DNA of 64,000 nt from Convolutriloba macropyga (GCF_964194025.1 NC_134468.1:3410001-3474000); one strand, 5' to 3'; positions 37,941 to 51,190 are shown, numbered from the stretch's first letter. A program made the numbers and translations. The notes: a model not told the origin generated them from the sequence alone.

Positions 37941-38388
37941 CTATAAAACAAATTCTCTCATTAGAAAGCTGTTGGAACTGTCAAGCTGAATTTGTAAAGT
38001 TATCAAGATGAATTTTTACAGCTTCGTTAATCTTACTTTTTTGTCTTGAACTATAGAGAGCATTAAGAGCGAACGATACTTTAGTCTGGCTCACACAAGC
38101 GTAAATAAACAAAAATTTCGTCACTGTGAAATAAAGATTAGAGAGCGATCCGTGTTTTCCGTGTTGAAAGTCTGCAAAATTAAATTTTAACAGTTTTGTG
38201 GCTTTCATTAATAGAACTGCTAAAACACGGGAGATCCGTCGATGTCGCACAAAAATTTTGCGTTTTTGCTCTCCAGGCCTTTAGATCCAGTAGCTTCTCA
38301 TAATCAAATGCACTTTGTTTCAGCTATGTCACTTTGTTCCCTATAAACAGAAAAGTTGCCTCGATGTGTTAAATTTCATTGTACTAAC

Positions 38389-38720
38389 TTGGTCACTATA
38401 GGCGTGGCAGATTGCTCCATTAAGCCTACAACTTGTTGCTGCTGTTGTTCTCCAACCTCAAGACTCGTTGCCAAGTGCAACTGTGAACTCACATCATTAT
38501 TAATAGCATCTTCGCCTGCTGGTATTGTTTTGGTTTCATCAGCTGAAAAACCCGAAGGGTGTGCAGTTGTGATGGTGATACCTCCCTCCTCTTTTATGAG
38601 CCCTCTGCTGGAAAGACCTCCCCAGACTGAGTTGGAATATAAAAGTACATTGGAGAGGATGCAGTCCTCCGGTGCATCTGTCATCTCCAGCTCCCTCTCA
38701 AGCGTAGTTCGTCTCGTAAC
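38389..38720 (-). CDS. JADE: JADE-like exon 2 (poorly conserved EPC-N linker)
   Basis: Open frame VTRRTTLERELEM...PIVT; acceptor tttgag at 38721-38722 (phase 0, gives KPVQ|V), donor GTTAGT at 38388 (phase 2, fits exon 3). Confidence 0.65.
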
Positions 38721-39549
38721 CTCAAATTCAAAAACCAATACTTTGCAGACATGATACACTAGTGCACTTAACCGGGTTGTAAATGTACCAAGCTCAACAC
38801 TCTCATTTTCCCAAAAAAAGGCAAAAAAGGATTAGTGTTCATCAATAACTCATTGATGAACGAGCTTGTTAACAGATCGTTCAAACAATTAACACCATTG
38901 GCCTAAAACGCATGGAGAGTGATTAGCAAATGACACCTGCACAAAAATATTGCTGCCAATCTGAATAAATATTGCACAAGCCACTGAACAAAATTCCTGC
39001 TTAAAGTCTTGAGGAGTGATCGCAAATGGTCGTAATAAAGAAGAACGAGGACAAAGAATTACAGAACATAGTTGGACACGATTCAAAAAACAACTAATAA
39101 TTTTTTTGAAAAGGGATTTTAGAAGCAGAAACCAACGCCATGAGCTCAAGTCAAAAATTAGATTAACAGTAGCTGCGAACTGAAACAATCAAATCTGTCG
39201 TTTTGACTTTCATTAGCAACCAATGACTGTTTTGATGATTAATCAGATTGAGTTATGACAACAAAAGTTGCGAAATTAGAGGAAAAACACGAAAAACAAA
39301 AAAAATTGGCCAATACTTTTTAACAAACAGTGTCAAAGTCACGAAAAACACTTACTATGAGCTCAAAACATTAATTAGGTTAATATATTCTTCATTATTA
39401 AATGATGAGAACTGTCATTCATGAGACTAAGTGATAAAACATCCAAATATAGAAAGAAAAGATTAACAAAAACAAATATGGAACCACGTAGCAAAAATTG
39501 CAAATGCCGGCAACAATCAAACATTCAAAACTTTCGAAGGCAAATCGAT

Positions 39550-42500
39550 AGCTGAAAGTTCAGCACCAACGAAATCTGAGCCAACCGCATGAAAATTGCA
39601 TATTAGGAAGTATACTTACTTCTAACATAGCCGGAAAGTTGCTGAAAAATATCCACTATTGACTCGCTTGACGCACATAAAATTGAAATAGAAAAAAGAT
39701 TAAAAAATCGACAGAATTTGTTTGCAAGTGTCAGAAAGTGTTCTAAATTGAAGTGCCGCTTCTGTTACATTCTGAAGTTATACTTTATTCAGCTTCTAAA
39801 CTGAAGGCTATTCAGCTTGATGCTAATGCCAGCGGTAATAGCTCTTATGAACTTTGAGAAGTTATTGCACTATGGCTTCATGATCGAATTTCAATGGTGT
39901 GCCCCATATATAACTCTTCTGATCTTGCTCGAATTCACCACAATGCGTAATTCCATAACCAAAATTATCTTAAATCCATTCAGTTGAAAGAGTGAGTGAG
40001 GTACTTTCGAAAGCAAATCAATTGCAAACCAATAAAAATAATAGCAATAAACTGAAGCCTTTAAGTGGACTCAATTCTGCCTTATTTGGAAGAACATAAG
40101 AATTCTATGCGAAAGAACAACAAAAAGTACAAAAAAAGACAAACTCCAAGATAAACAAATTTTAGAACAAGTTGTCTCAAAGTCATGAAAACCCTTAACT
40201 AAGATACGGTAACACCTACATAGAATCAAATGTTAATCACTAGAAAACCTGAAGACCAGTCAATAGTGAGAATAAGAAACAGAACAACAACACCAAAAAA
40301 ATCGCGAAATAAAAAAACCCACAGATGTCTTCAAAAAACATGTGATGTCAAAGTCCCTAAAACTTTCGGTTTTGTATTGAAAAAATAGATCAGCTCAAAA
40401 AATCCTAACAAAGAGGTCAATTAGATCTATCAATAATGAGCCTAAATCACAGAAAAACCAAACGACAAAAAGCAAAATCCAAAAACAACTAAATCTTTTT
40501 AAAAGAAACTGATGTCATAATCGTAGAAAACGTCATATACAGAAAAAAATCGTTAAATTGATTGACACTTGGCTCATAAGAGAGCTACTTAGAGCCATTC
40601 ATAATGAGAAAAGGTGACAGAAAAAGAAAAACAACGATAACAGATGGAAAAAAATAAGATGCAACATTCAATTAAAAACAGGTAGTGTCAAATAGTAAGG
40701 AAGTGAGCGTTGAAACCTTTATATTTCAATTCGAGTCACTAAATTAATTCAAATTTACCACAAGAGAGAAACACTCAGACCCAACACTAATGATGCTTAA
40801 TAGTAGCACAACAAAGAGAAATAAAAAACCGACAAAATCCAAAAACTCTAGCTTTTAATTAAAAAACAAACCGACTAACGTCGGATAAACTTGAACCTGA
40901 CAGAGATTCAAACCCGGGAACTCCCAGAAAGTCAAACATGTTAACCACTAAGTCGCAATGGCGTTGTTACTCAACCGCTAACAATCCTTTTATATTACCA
41001 AAAACATCACTTCGGATTGAAATCAGTCAAAATAATGAAGTGTACCACAAAGAAGTCACTTGAGAAGTCAAAGATTACTCTAGAACAACAGCGCAAAAAT
41101 GAAGAGAAAAAAATACATTAAGACCGACACGTTTACCATAACTGCTTCAAACTTCGTTCGAGAGCATTTGAACATTAATTGCAGTTTCATGGTTTTAAAC
41201 AAATGCAACTAATTATTTCAGAAAATGCGAAAAAAGGCGTCAAATCGCCGCATATGAAAAAATGCTCTCAAAAACGAAAATATGTTTAAATACCATTATC
41301 TCACTTTACTTTCAAAGCAGTTTGAAAAAATGCCCGGCCTTAAAAGAACACGTTTTTCTCACCTTTTCCTACTCCAGCGTGATTAAAATCACTACTTGAA
41401 ATTGACTTCTCATTGACAGAAGGTGGAAAAAAGTTTGGACAAACCTTAAAAAACATAGGACAATTTGCCGCATGTGAAAAAATCACAAGCCAGAAAGCGA
41501 AGTTTCTTGTTCAAACACCATTTTCTCAAAAAACAACAATATAAGAGAGAATCTCCGCGCTGCAAAATCACTCGCTCTTTTGCTGTAAGCAGAATTCTAG
41601 AAACAATTCGAAGTAGATAATTGACCACCAGCCTAACTGACACAATGAACCTCCTAAAAAATAATCATTTTTGAAACAAAAAGTCACTGGAAAGGATGTT
41701 TATTTCATAGATGACAGATCAATAACACATCAAGCCTACCTATTTCTTCATTAAACTGCTCGCTTTTGTCTGTTGAAGTTATTTAAAATCACCCGTTCGA
41801 TATCTGAAAATTCAGCACCAACGAAATCTGAGCCAACAACACGAAAAATGCACATGAGGTAGTTTACTTCTAACATAGCTGGGAAATTGCTGGAAAATAT
41901 CCACAATTGACCCACTTGACGCATATCAAAATTGAACTAGACAAAAAATCGACAGAACTTAATTGCAAGCGTCAAAAAGTGTTCTAAATTGAAGTCCCGT
42001 TTCTGTTAGATTCTGAAGTTATACTTTATTCAGCTTCTAAACTGATGGCTATACAGCTTGATTCTAATGACAGCGTTAACCACTCTTAAAAACTTTGATA
42101 ATTTAATGCACTATGGCTTCATGATTGAGCTTCATTGGTGAGCCCCATATTCAGCTCTGCTGATCTTGCTTGTATTCACCACATTGCGTAATTCTAAAAC
42201 CAGAATTATTTAAAATCCATTCAATGGAAAGAGTGAGTGAGGTACTTTCAAAGGCAAATCGATAATATACCAATCAAACTGTTAGCAATAAACTGAAGCC
42301 TTCAAGTCAACTCAATTATGCCTTATTTGGAAGCAAATGAGGACTCGCCTCAAGGGCAAACTCCAAAAAATCACTAAAAATTTCAGAACAAGTCGTGGCG
42401 ATGTCATGAAAACTCTTAATTATGAACAATAACATTTACATAGAATCAAATTTTAATCACTAGTAAACCAGGAGACCAGTCAATAGTGAGAATAAATGAC

Positions 42501-43520
42501 AGAACAACAACAACCAAACGAAGTCACGCAATAAAAAATTTCGGTTGTATTAAAAAATTAGACTAGCTCAAAAATCCTAATAAAAAGGTCAATTAGATTT
42601 ATCAATAATGAGCCTAAATCACAGAGCAACAAACCGACAAAAAGCAAAATCCAAAATAACTTTTTTTAAAAAAAAAAAACTCGTGTCACAATCGGATAAA
42701 CCGTTATATAACACCAACAGATGGAAAAAAACAATAAGATTTAACTTTCATTTGAAAACAGGTAGTGCCAAATTCGTTGAAACCGTTATATTTCAATTCA
42801 AATCAGTGAATTAATTCAAATAAACCACAATAGGGGGACCTAACAACTAGCGTTCTATTCTTAAAAACCACAAACCGACTAGCGTCGGATAAATTGCAGA
42901 CAGACGGGGAGCAATTTAATTTAGGGGTGTAGCTTGGAATTTTTTGGGTGTACAATTCGGACCTGATAGGGTTCAAACGGGTGAACTCCCGGTAAGCAGA
43001 CGAGGTATGGCGTTGTTGCTACCCAGTAAGTCACAACGGCGTTGTTACTCAACCACTAACAATCAGTTTTATATAAGCAACAAAATCATTTCGGAATGAG
43101 GGAAAATGATTGAAATCAGTCAAAATGAAGAACTGTACCGTGAAAAAGTCACTTGAGAAGTCACAGAATATTCTAGAACAACAGCGCCAAATGGTGAAGC
43201 AAAAATTTTGCATAAAAAAGACGAACACGTTCACAATGATTGGTTCAAACTTCGTTCGAGATAAACATTAGTTGCCGTTTCATGGTTTTAAACTACTGCA
43301 ACTAAGTATTTTCAGAAACCACGTACCATCTCTCAGAAAATAACGGCACAGAAAAAGAAGAGCAAAACAGCGAAAAAAGCGTCAAATCGAGGTATATGAA
43401 AAAAATTTGCTCTCAAAAATGAAAATCTGTTTAAATACTATTATCTCGCTTTACTTACAAAGCAGTTTGAAAAAATGTCAGACCTTAAAATAACACGTTT
43501 ATCTCTCCTCTTACTACTCC
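39550..43520. repeat. Older diverged tandem duplication, period ~2.25 kb, of a repeat-derived intronic block
   Basis: ctgaaa(g/a)ttcagcaccaacgaaatctgagccaac at ~39552 and ~41804, colinear thereafter (ccgacta.cgtcgg at ~40871 and ~42874) with many substitutions and indels. Confidence 0.8.
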
Positions 43521-44311
43521 AGCGTGACTATAAATGGATTGGGACAATCAAAGTGAGATTGCCGCATGTGAACAAAAAAACACTACCGAGAAGCGAGAAG
43601 GCTAATTTTTGTACGGACTGCGTTTTCTTACTCTACATAAAAATCAGAGTGAAAAGAATCATGCCGCAAAACCACTTTCCTCTGTGCTGCACTTCCTATT
43701 TCGTGACTAAAATCATCGTTTCAATTATACTGTCGCAAAAACAAAGACCTGCAAAAACAATGTCTCGGGTCGGTAAAATCGACCGACAGTCAAAGTGCTA
43801 CAGTAAACGACTTACTGCACTCACTAAAGGCCAAATGATTTCAAAACAATTGGCATCGTAGCCACGTATATGGAAAATTAACATTTTCCGTAGATTCTTC
43901 TATTAAACCCTCTTGCTTCGCACATTATTGAACGGTGGATTAAGTGCTCTCGAATGACAAGCTGAGGCTACATTTAATTCCAGCCTGGGAGATTGTAGCC
44001 TAGAAAGGTGTCATTAGCACATTTTTAGACCACTAATTAGATTTAGAAGTAGCAAAAAATGAAACCAATTTTGTCGCACTTTTAATTGAGTAACTAGTAA
44101 ACTGCCGCAAATTAAGTTAGCGGTTTAAATTCTGAAACTTAGCTCTCGCAAAAATCAAAAATTGAAGCGTCACTTGAAAAATGAAATCACTCAAGCGAGC
44201 GAAAGGAGGGTCAGGGAAAATTTAGCATTATAAATCTACAATATCTGCTTCAGACCCAGTTCTGGAGCAATTAACTACGTGTACAAGAACAACATTCATG
44301 AGTCTTGTTAC

Positions 44312-44669
44312 CTGAACAGGTTTCTCCCACTCCGTTCTCCACGTATCTTCTAAAAAGAGCAATCCCCCCTCGTTGGTCAGATTGAGGGCATCTGTCACTT
44401 TCATGTCACTGATGTAGTCCATACAATACACCTCATCCGAGTGCACCTCGGGAGTCTCAGAGGGTGCCATTTGTACATTCATACTGCCATTCATCAAATG
44501 ACCTCCACTTACAACACTAGCAGACAAGGCACCCGTAGAGGTCATAGGGGTCAACATTGGGGATACAGATGGCGCCATCATGCCACTGTTTGATGGCGCA
44601 CGTAAACTGTTGTCCATCGAAAAATAATGATTATCTTGTAACTGCCGCCTACTAATTACATTTACATAT
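44312..44669 (-). CDS. JADE: JADE-like first detected coding exon (EPL1 N-terminus)
   Basis: EVYCMDYISDMKVTDALNL...LEDTWRTEWEKPVQ vs JADE EVFRTDLITAMKLHD...DPWRQEWEKGVQV; acceptor tttcag at 44670-44671; ATG at 44617; donor GTAACA at 44311. Confidence 0.85.
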
Positions 44670-45384
44670 CTGAAATAGAAGGACTAAATCATCATTGGTC
44701 ATTAACCGTCTACATTTCACCTGAACAACCATTCAAGCGCCAGGTTGCGCGGTTAAAATCTTCCAATGGAAACATCAAAATGAAAAACAAGTGTCCAAAT
44801 AAAAAAAATTGGGCATTGAAAATTCAGAGACCCACCCCCGACTAACATTTAATTTTAAGTTCTTAGTTGGTATTAAGGCCCAGTAACGACATAATATAAC
44901 AGCCTTCGTCTTTTGGTTGCGTTTTCGTTGATGTAAAGACCATATATGATGATTGGCTGTCCTTGTTTCTTAGCATTATCCTAACATGAAACAAAAAATA
45001 CATTTAGTACTTCTGATTACCAATTTTTCGTATATGACTCTTCTTAAAGGTCAAAGAAAAGAAATATTAAGATTCAATAAAGCATGATGCATGCTTCCAT
45101 TGCTAAAACTTGTATGAAGTGACATATCTCATACTGAAACCAAGAAATGAGCTGTCATTGCATCCAGACACCGAAAAAAATCATAATTTAAAAAAAAAAA
45201 ACAAAATGCATCAAATCTAAAGAAGATGTGAAGAATGTGGATGGGTGAAGCGTGCAGGGTTACGTGTCGAATGATGTGCAGGGGTGGACGAGGACGGGGG
45301 TGATGTGCCGGGGGATTGTGCGATGGTATTGGGAAGGGACTATTATATCTTTCAACCGACTTATAACCGAAGGGACTATTATAT

Positions 45385-46245
45385 TCAACCGACTAACGCC
45401 GGATGAATACCTCTAAAACAACTGGCGAGGGGCTGAGGGCAAAAACGAGGTGGGGGGGGGGGGGGGGTTCAAGCAGGCAGATGGTATTCAAACCACTTAA
45501 TATGGTCTAAACATCTTGAATTAACTAGAGTTTACACAGTAGAATGTGGTGGAAGCCGGGGGGGGGGGGGGGCTTCCATACTCAAAGAATTGCCCATCGC
45601 ATGAATTTACGTCTCCTTGACAGTTTCGGTGAGTCGCACGCATCGTGAATAGAACGGCACTTAGAGAAGTGCGTAGCAATTAAGTGCCACTGTTCTTTAC
45701 CAGTTAATCCAGTTTCAACACAAAAAAATCACAAAAGAACATGGCTATAATAATTGCCAAAAACTTTGTTTAAGAGCAAGTGGCAAAGCATGATTGAAAA
45801 TATTAACCCCATTAACCGAAAAAGCACATCCACGAGTTTCAATGACTTCCAATCAACTCAGTCATTTCACAAAAAAATAACAACTACGGTCGGCCCAATC
45901 GCCCTCAAACGCCAGACAGGTGGTCAATTTAGACTTATTTTAGCCGAGGAGGATGTATAATAGCAGTGAGGGGTTTAAAATACTGGCGTTATAGACCATT
46001 TCTATGATGAAAATAAGAAAGCAATTTTGGCGCATTTTTTATTAGATATTATTAGGAAAAAACATCGAATTAGGTTAGCGGCTAAATTATGAATGAGAGC
46101 AATATACATCACGCCAAGAATCAAGAAATAAGGCGCGAGTAAAAGTTACCCGAAACGTCGACGAAAAAGCGATCAAGGGAGAAATTGCATCAAAAAGACC
46201 ACAAGAATAATACAATTGCTGTAAACGTCGTCTGAGAGCAATTAA
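45385..46245 (-). mobile_element. Degenerate HINE copy
   Basis: aaccgactaacgccgg hairpin end at ~45387 and aattgctgtaaacgtcgtctgagagcaattaa at ~46214-46245. Confidence 0.55.
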
Positions 46246-46737
46246 CCAAGCATCTTTTCATTAAGATGAACTTGCTGAATAAATTAGCTACTTCTCTTTC
46301 ACCAGTTTGATGCTGGAAATGTCATATTAATACATAAAGATCAATGAACAAAATTTTTGTATACCTCAGTTAATCGACCGCCAACTCTTTAAATCAAATA
46401 GAAATAATCACTAACATTCCAATTGCTTGAACAGAAACTACAACTTTCATTTCATTTCATTAAAGAAGTTGCAACTCTTCAAATTTATTTCATTTATTAA
46501 AGCTAACAAAGATTGCACGTTACGATATAGCAGCAGCGTACTGAGGAAAATATATGTGGTAATCACAATAATCAACATAGATTAGATATGTGATAACAAG
46601 AACACAATCATTTGATTTGTTATTGATCCATAAGAACTAATTAATTAACAGAATTTCCATCAATAAAATTTGATTAAAAAAAATCGTTAAATGTAGTTTT
46701 TATAACATTACATCTCTTTGGCTTCATTGACTGCCTT

Positions 46738-48270
46738 TCAATAAGTGTCATAATAAGGATCGTATGACCCATCATTTCCAACAATTTTCTCGATCTTCTG
46801 GATGGCGCCAGGAATCCTGTAAAACATTCGACAGGATTCGTTCAACACAATAAAGGCTTCCTCTGGGGTCCCAGTTTCCATAACCATTGGAAATCCTTGA
46901 CTTTTGAGAGGCTCTGGGTTCAGAACTGCCCTCAGAAACACATCATTTTTATTCTCAATCAGTTGCATTATGTACTCCGCATGGCCAAGTTGCTCCTTCA
47001 AACTATTTTCTTTCTCGCCAAATATTCTTTCCTTGATTTTCGGCAGCAAATGAGAAATTTCAAGACCATCAATTTCAGAGAAAAATTTCTCAATGACATT
47101 ACATATTTTTATGTCTGCTTCATATTTCGCAACAATTCGCAATTTGAGAAGCAAAAGAGCTACCACATGCGCAAGAGAAACGTTTTCAGAGCTTTTTTCT
47201 AGTAAAAGCACAGGACTCTCATATCTATTCTCATTTTTTAGCCAAAGCCAATCACCTTGTTGGGTACTTTGAGGAACATCATCCCAATTATAATCGAAGT
47301 TTGGATCTATCGTGATCCACCATTTGACGAAGTTGTAGGCATCGTCATCTCTATTCAAATTAATCAATATGAACGGAACCTTTTCACGCAACCCCAGGGC
47401 ATCCCAGTGAATTAATCTTAATAGCTCAAAGTAGTGCGCCAGACCTGCTTCGTACATATGCTCATACTCCTCTTCATGGGCCATATCCAAGTATGAATTT
47501 GCTAAATAACGCCTAGTATTGCAATAATCCCTCAGAAACGGGTTGCTCCAAATACGTCCAACATTTTCTCCTTCAAAGGCTTCAATTCCTACTTGCCTAA
47601 CAGCTTTCTCCTTTTCCCGTCTCACTTGACCTTCCATGCGCTGGATTGCCCTACAATGTTTTTTGTGAATGCTCCAGTATTCTTTCTGACATTCCACAGA
47701 GCAGAATTTGACCATCCTACATCCAGTACATAGTCGTAGGGTTCCCGAATCACCACACGTAAAATTATCACCCATATAATTTTGACAACGATCCCGTCTC
47801 GTCTGCAGACTCATGTCCTTTCCATTATAAAGTTCCAACTCAAAGTTTACGCCAAAACTAGCTGCCTTGTTAGTGTTGTTTTTTGGCGCAGTATTATTCG
47901 AAGGAAACATAAATTTGATCTCGGACAACTTCTTTCCATCGCGCAAGTTGTCAATCTTATTGTAAATAGCCTCTGTAAGCTCGTCAATAACCAGGAAGTC
48001 CGCCACCTTTAGAAGTCGGAATAGCGACTCCATGTTGTCCGGTAATTTTTGATCACCAAACCACGTCTTAATCATTCTAGCTTCTTTTATCGCAACAAGA
48101 GGCAGCTCAATAGGCTCATCATTATTGCACCAGTCCAACTTTGAGAGCATTGCCTCTATGTTCTTACACATTGCACATTGGGCTTTGGTGAGATGGAACC
48201 TCTCGCCATCAGAAGAAAGGAATACGACGACATCTTGCGATACCTTCTTAACCTCAGGTTCCATCCCCAC
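46738..48270 (-). CDS. SKP1-like/zf-MYND/helical-domain fusion protein, paralog A (~510 aa)
   Basis: N-term VVFLSSDGERF...IEAML...PIELPLV...W...LFRLLKVADFLVIDEL...GKKLSEIKFMF aligns with SKP1 (LQSSDGEIF, PVPLPNV, LFELILAANYLDIKGL, GKTPEEIRKTF); MYND CTGCRMVKFCSVECQKEYWSIHKKHC; C-term HYFELLRL..D..GLRE.VP..LI.L.RDDD.YNFVKWW; intact ORF; ATG at 48264; acceptor tttcag at 48271-48272. Confidence 0.85.
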   Translation of the reverse strand: MGMEPEVKKVSQDVVVFLSSDGERFHLTKAQCAMCKNIEAMLSKLDWCNNDEPIELPLVAIKEARMIKTWFGDQKLPDNMESLFRLLKVADFLVIDELTEAIYNKIDNLRDGKKLSEIKFMFPSNNTAPKNNTNKAASFGVNFELELYNGKDMSLQTRRDRCQNYMGDNFTCGDSGTLRLCTGCRMVKFCSVECQKEYWSIHKKHCRAIQRMEGQVRREKEKAVRQVGIEAFEGENVGRIWSNPFLRDYCNTRRYLANSYLDMAHEEEYEHMYEAGLAHYFELLRLIHWDALGLREKVPFILINLNRDDDAYNFVKWWITIDPNFDYNWDDVPQSTQQGDWLWLKNENRYESPVLLLEKSSENVSLAHVVALLLLKLRIVAKYEADIKICNVIEKFFSEIDGLEISHLLPKIKERIFGEKENSLKEQLGHAEYIMQLIENKNDVFLRAVLNPEPLKSQGFPMVMETGTPEEAFIVLNESCRMFYRIPGAIQKIEKIVGNDGSYDPYYDTY

Positions 48271-49177
48271 CTGAAATACTTTTCAATGTCAATCAAGAGT
48301 AATCATGCAATTAACTTGTCTTGCTATGGTTTGACTTAAATCAAATGCCGGCCAAACCCTCTGGCGAAACTCATTAGACTCTAAACGAGATTATCAAGAC
48401 TATTGCAGCGAGATTCAAGAAGAAAAGGAAGAAATCAAACGAAAAGCCAGATTAAACCCTGAGCTGACAGGCCTTTAAAACATCCATTCAACAAAAAAAA
48501 ACTACTTCACATATTGAATTTGATCAGCATCGTCAAAAACAGAACCAACTCAGGTCGGAACAATTGCTCTCCGACGAAAGATTAGATAGGGCCTTATAAA
48601 TTAAAAATTAGACAACGGGTGATTTCACTTTTTACAACGGCTCGGCGCATTGCTGCAGTGTTTTGCCGCCAAATAGAGCACACAATAAGTTTGTATTGCA
48701 GAACACAGTCATTTATAGCATAAATAGAGCGCATAGACTACTGCTAATCGCCGAACTAATTTATTATCGGATTGAAACAAAAACAGGCCGATTGAACCGA
48801 TTCATTGATGACAAGTGTAGAAACCAAAAGTCTAATATTCTAAACATACAGTGTGCGAGCTGGCAAACAAAACTGCCCGTTAATACTATTAAAGATATTG
48901 AAGTCATCTATCCAAACTTAGCCACCATTATTGTACAGCTGACGTAATCAGTAACAATTTCATCGGATTCTTGACGCACCATTCGGAAAAACGGATATCT
49001 CTGCTCGCAGTTCTGCTATACTTGCAAATACCAAAATCTTGCATTTGTCGAAAACGCCAGAAAAACTGCCATTGCATAATTGTTTTATGTCTTCTCAGCA
49101 GCTCTGATTAGCAGCACGCTTAGAGACTAGCAGTTAAATTAAAGCGTCAAACAAAAAAGTGGTCAAGCAAAAAATCG

Positions 49178-49377
49178 GGATCTTTTCTGTTTTGCCTCCT
49201 CAGCCCTATATAACCAGTCGATTTGCACCCCCCAAATATGTATTTTTTGTTCCTTAGAGATCCGTACTTTTTAGTTTTTTAGTATACGAAAGTGTATAAA
49301 ATGCAAACAATATGCTATAAGATGCATAAGTGAGTTGGGAAGGCAAATAGAAATGGGGGCAATAGCAGAAAAGATCC
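49178..49377. mobile_element. 200-bp MITE (GGATCTTTTC TIR) nested in a HINE
   Basis: ggatcttttctgttttgcc ... ggcaatagcagaaaagatcc interrupts the HINE motif ggtcaagcaaaaaatcg|cataaaaagaccg, with an approximate 8-9-bp duplication. Confidence 0.75.
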
Positions 49378-50701
49378 AAAAAAATTGCATAAAAAGACCG
49401 CACGACTCATAGAAACGACAAACTTTGTTGAGATCACGAGCAATTAAATAATTAGATCTGAGAAACTTTAAAAAATTTCAGCTAGATGTTGAGATGTCCG
49501 CAATGTACTGCAAAGCTCCCCAAACAGCCTCCGAATAGGTTGAGACATTATTTTACCTTAATTTCTCATTAAAATAGTTTGATAAAAAAAGATTAGTGAG
49601 TAGTAAGGTAAGTAACAGGTGACAAAAAAATAATTACGCAAGATACAAGCAAATATTCCTCCGACGACGCAAGGCACGCAATTAAAAAAAAACAATTATG
49701 CATGGATTAGAGCTGATTTAAGTGTGTCATACGACGTAAAAAAAGTTGGGGACAAACGTCAAAAAAAGACTCGCGAAAAACAACCCAACTGCAACACTTG
49801 TGCGGCAAAATCTTGGCATTGGTTTATTTTTAATAAAATAGTTGAGCAATCAAATAATCACCCGAACATTAACTTAATTACAAAAAAAATTGAGGCCAAA
49901 ACCACTCAATTTATAGCGGAAACAAGTTCTCTGCAACGCAATAGCGAATTGAAATACACTACGAAAAATTTTTTACACATCTTAAAAATTAATATTGACC
50001 ATTGACGAAAAAAATGCAACCACTTACAAAACTCAAAAACAAAGTTCTTCAGAATTTATGCAAAAGTGATTCAAAAATGGCAACTAAAAATACTTGTGAG
50101 CAGAAACACTCGAATTCATTGGATACATATTATCAGGTAAACTTGGCAAATAGGCAAAGTAATCTGAATTTCTAAGACAGACAAACTGCTCATCGAGGAC
50201 TGATGATGACCGAAACTCCCTCAGAAAAATAGAAAAAAAACAGGAGAACCTCAAGCAAATGGAAAAGGATAATGTTGAAATAATTAATACAAAAATATCA
50301 ATTTATCAAATTTGAGAATTATTAAAAATTAAAACAAAAAAACAAGTAATTATTGAGGTTGAATAAATCGATGGCACAATTTAATTGAGACATCAACTTG
50401 TCAGGAAGAGAGACCAAAATCTAAATCCAAACACGAAATCGCCAAAACTGTATAATTGCTGCAAAAACTGACATTTGGAACCAATTAAATTTAATTCCAA
50501 AGCTTCACAAGAAAGTACACTGAGCAACCAACCACAAATTGAATAAGACCAATTTCTAATGAGAGCAAAAAAGGTATTCCAAAAAGATTAACAAAACCGA
50601 GGAGAAAAAATAAAGAAACTAAATTGGTTTAAAAATTGGCCGAAATTTTATAAATGTGTAAAAATTTCTCACAAAAATCCAAGAAATCAATGCAAGTATT
50701 C

Positions 50702-50963
50702 AACATAACCGACTAACGTCGGGCGAATTGCTCTCAAACGACCGGTGAGCGGTCATTTGAGAGTCTCCAAAAAGTTTGAGCTGTGAAACAGAGCTGAAAG
50801 GCTCTAAGAGCACTTAATGCCCGCTGGGCGCTACCTGTTTATCCCGTTTTTGAGGACGAAAAGTCAAAAGCGTCAGACGAAAAATCGGTCAAGCGAAAAA
50901 TCGCATTAAAAAAGACCAACAGGACTAATATAATTGCTACAAACTTCGTTTGAGAGCAATTAA
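50702..50963 (-). mobile_element. Complete ~260-bp HINE (non-autonomous Helentron)
   Basis: Perfect 15-bp subTIRs aattgctctcaaacg (50726-50740) and cgtttgagagcaatt (50947-50961); partial IR aattgctacaaac (50932-50944); terminal stem-loop ccgac-taac-gtcgg (50709-50722); TT ends on the minus strand. Confidence 0.85.
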
Positions 50964-51190
50964 AAAAGCACCTAACTTAATTAGATTACTAATAAGTCAC
51001 CAAAGATACAACCTTGCAGAAATTATTTTAAAAAACACACTATTATATCAAGGCATAGGGATATTTCTACTGCCTCGGTAAAATACCCATAACCACACAA
51101 TACAACCATAACCAAAAAAGCCAAAGGGACCAAAAGAACGATCAAATTCTAGTAGACATGCACATTATTTATCACGAAAAATCAACTCAC

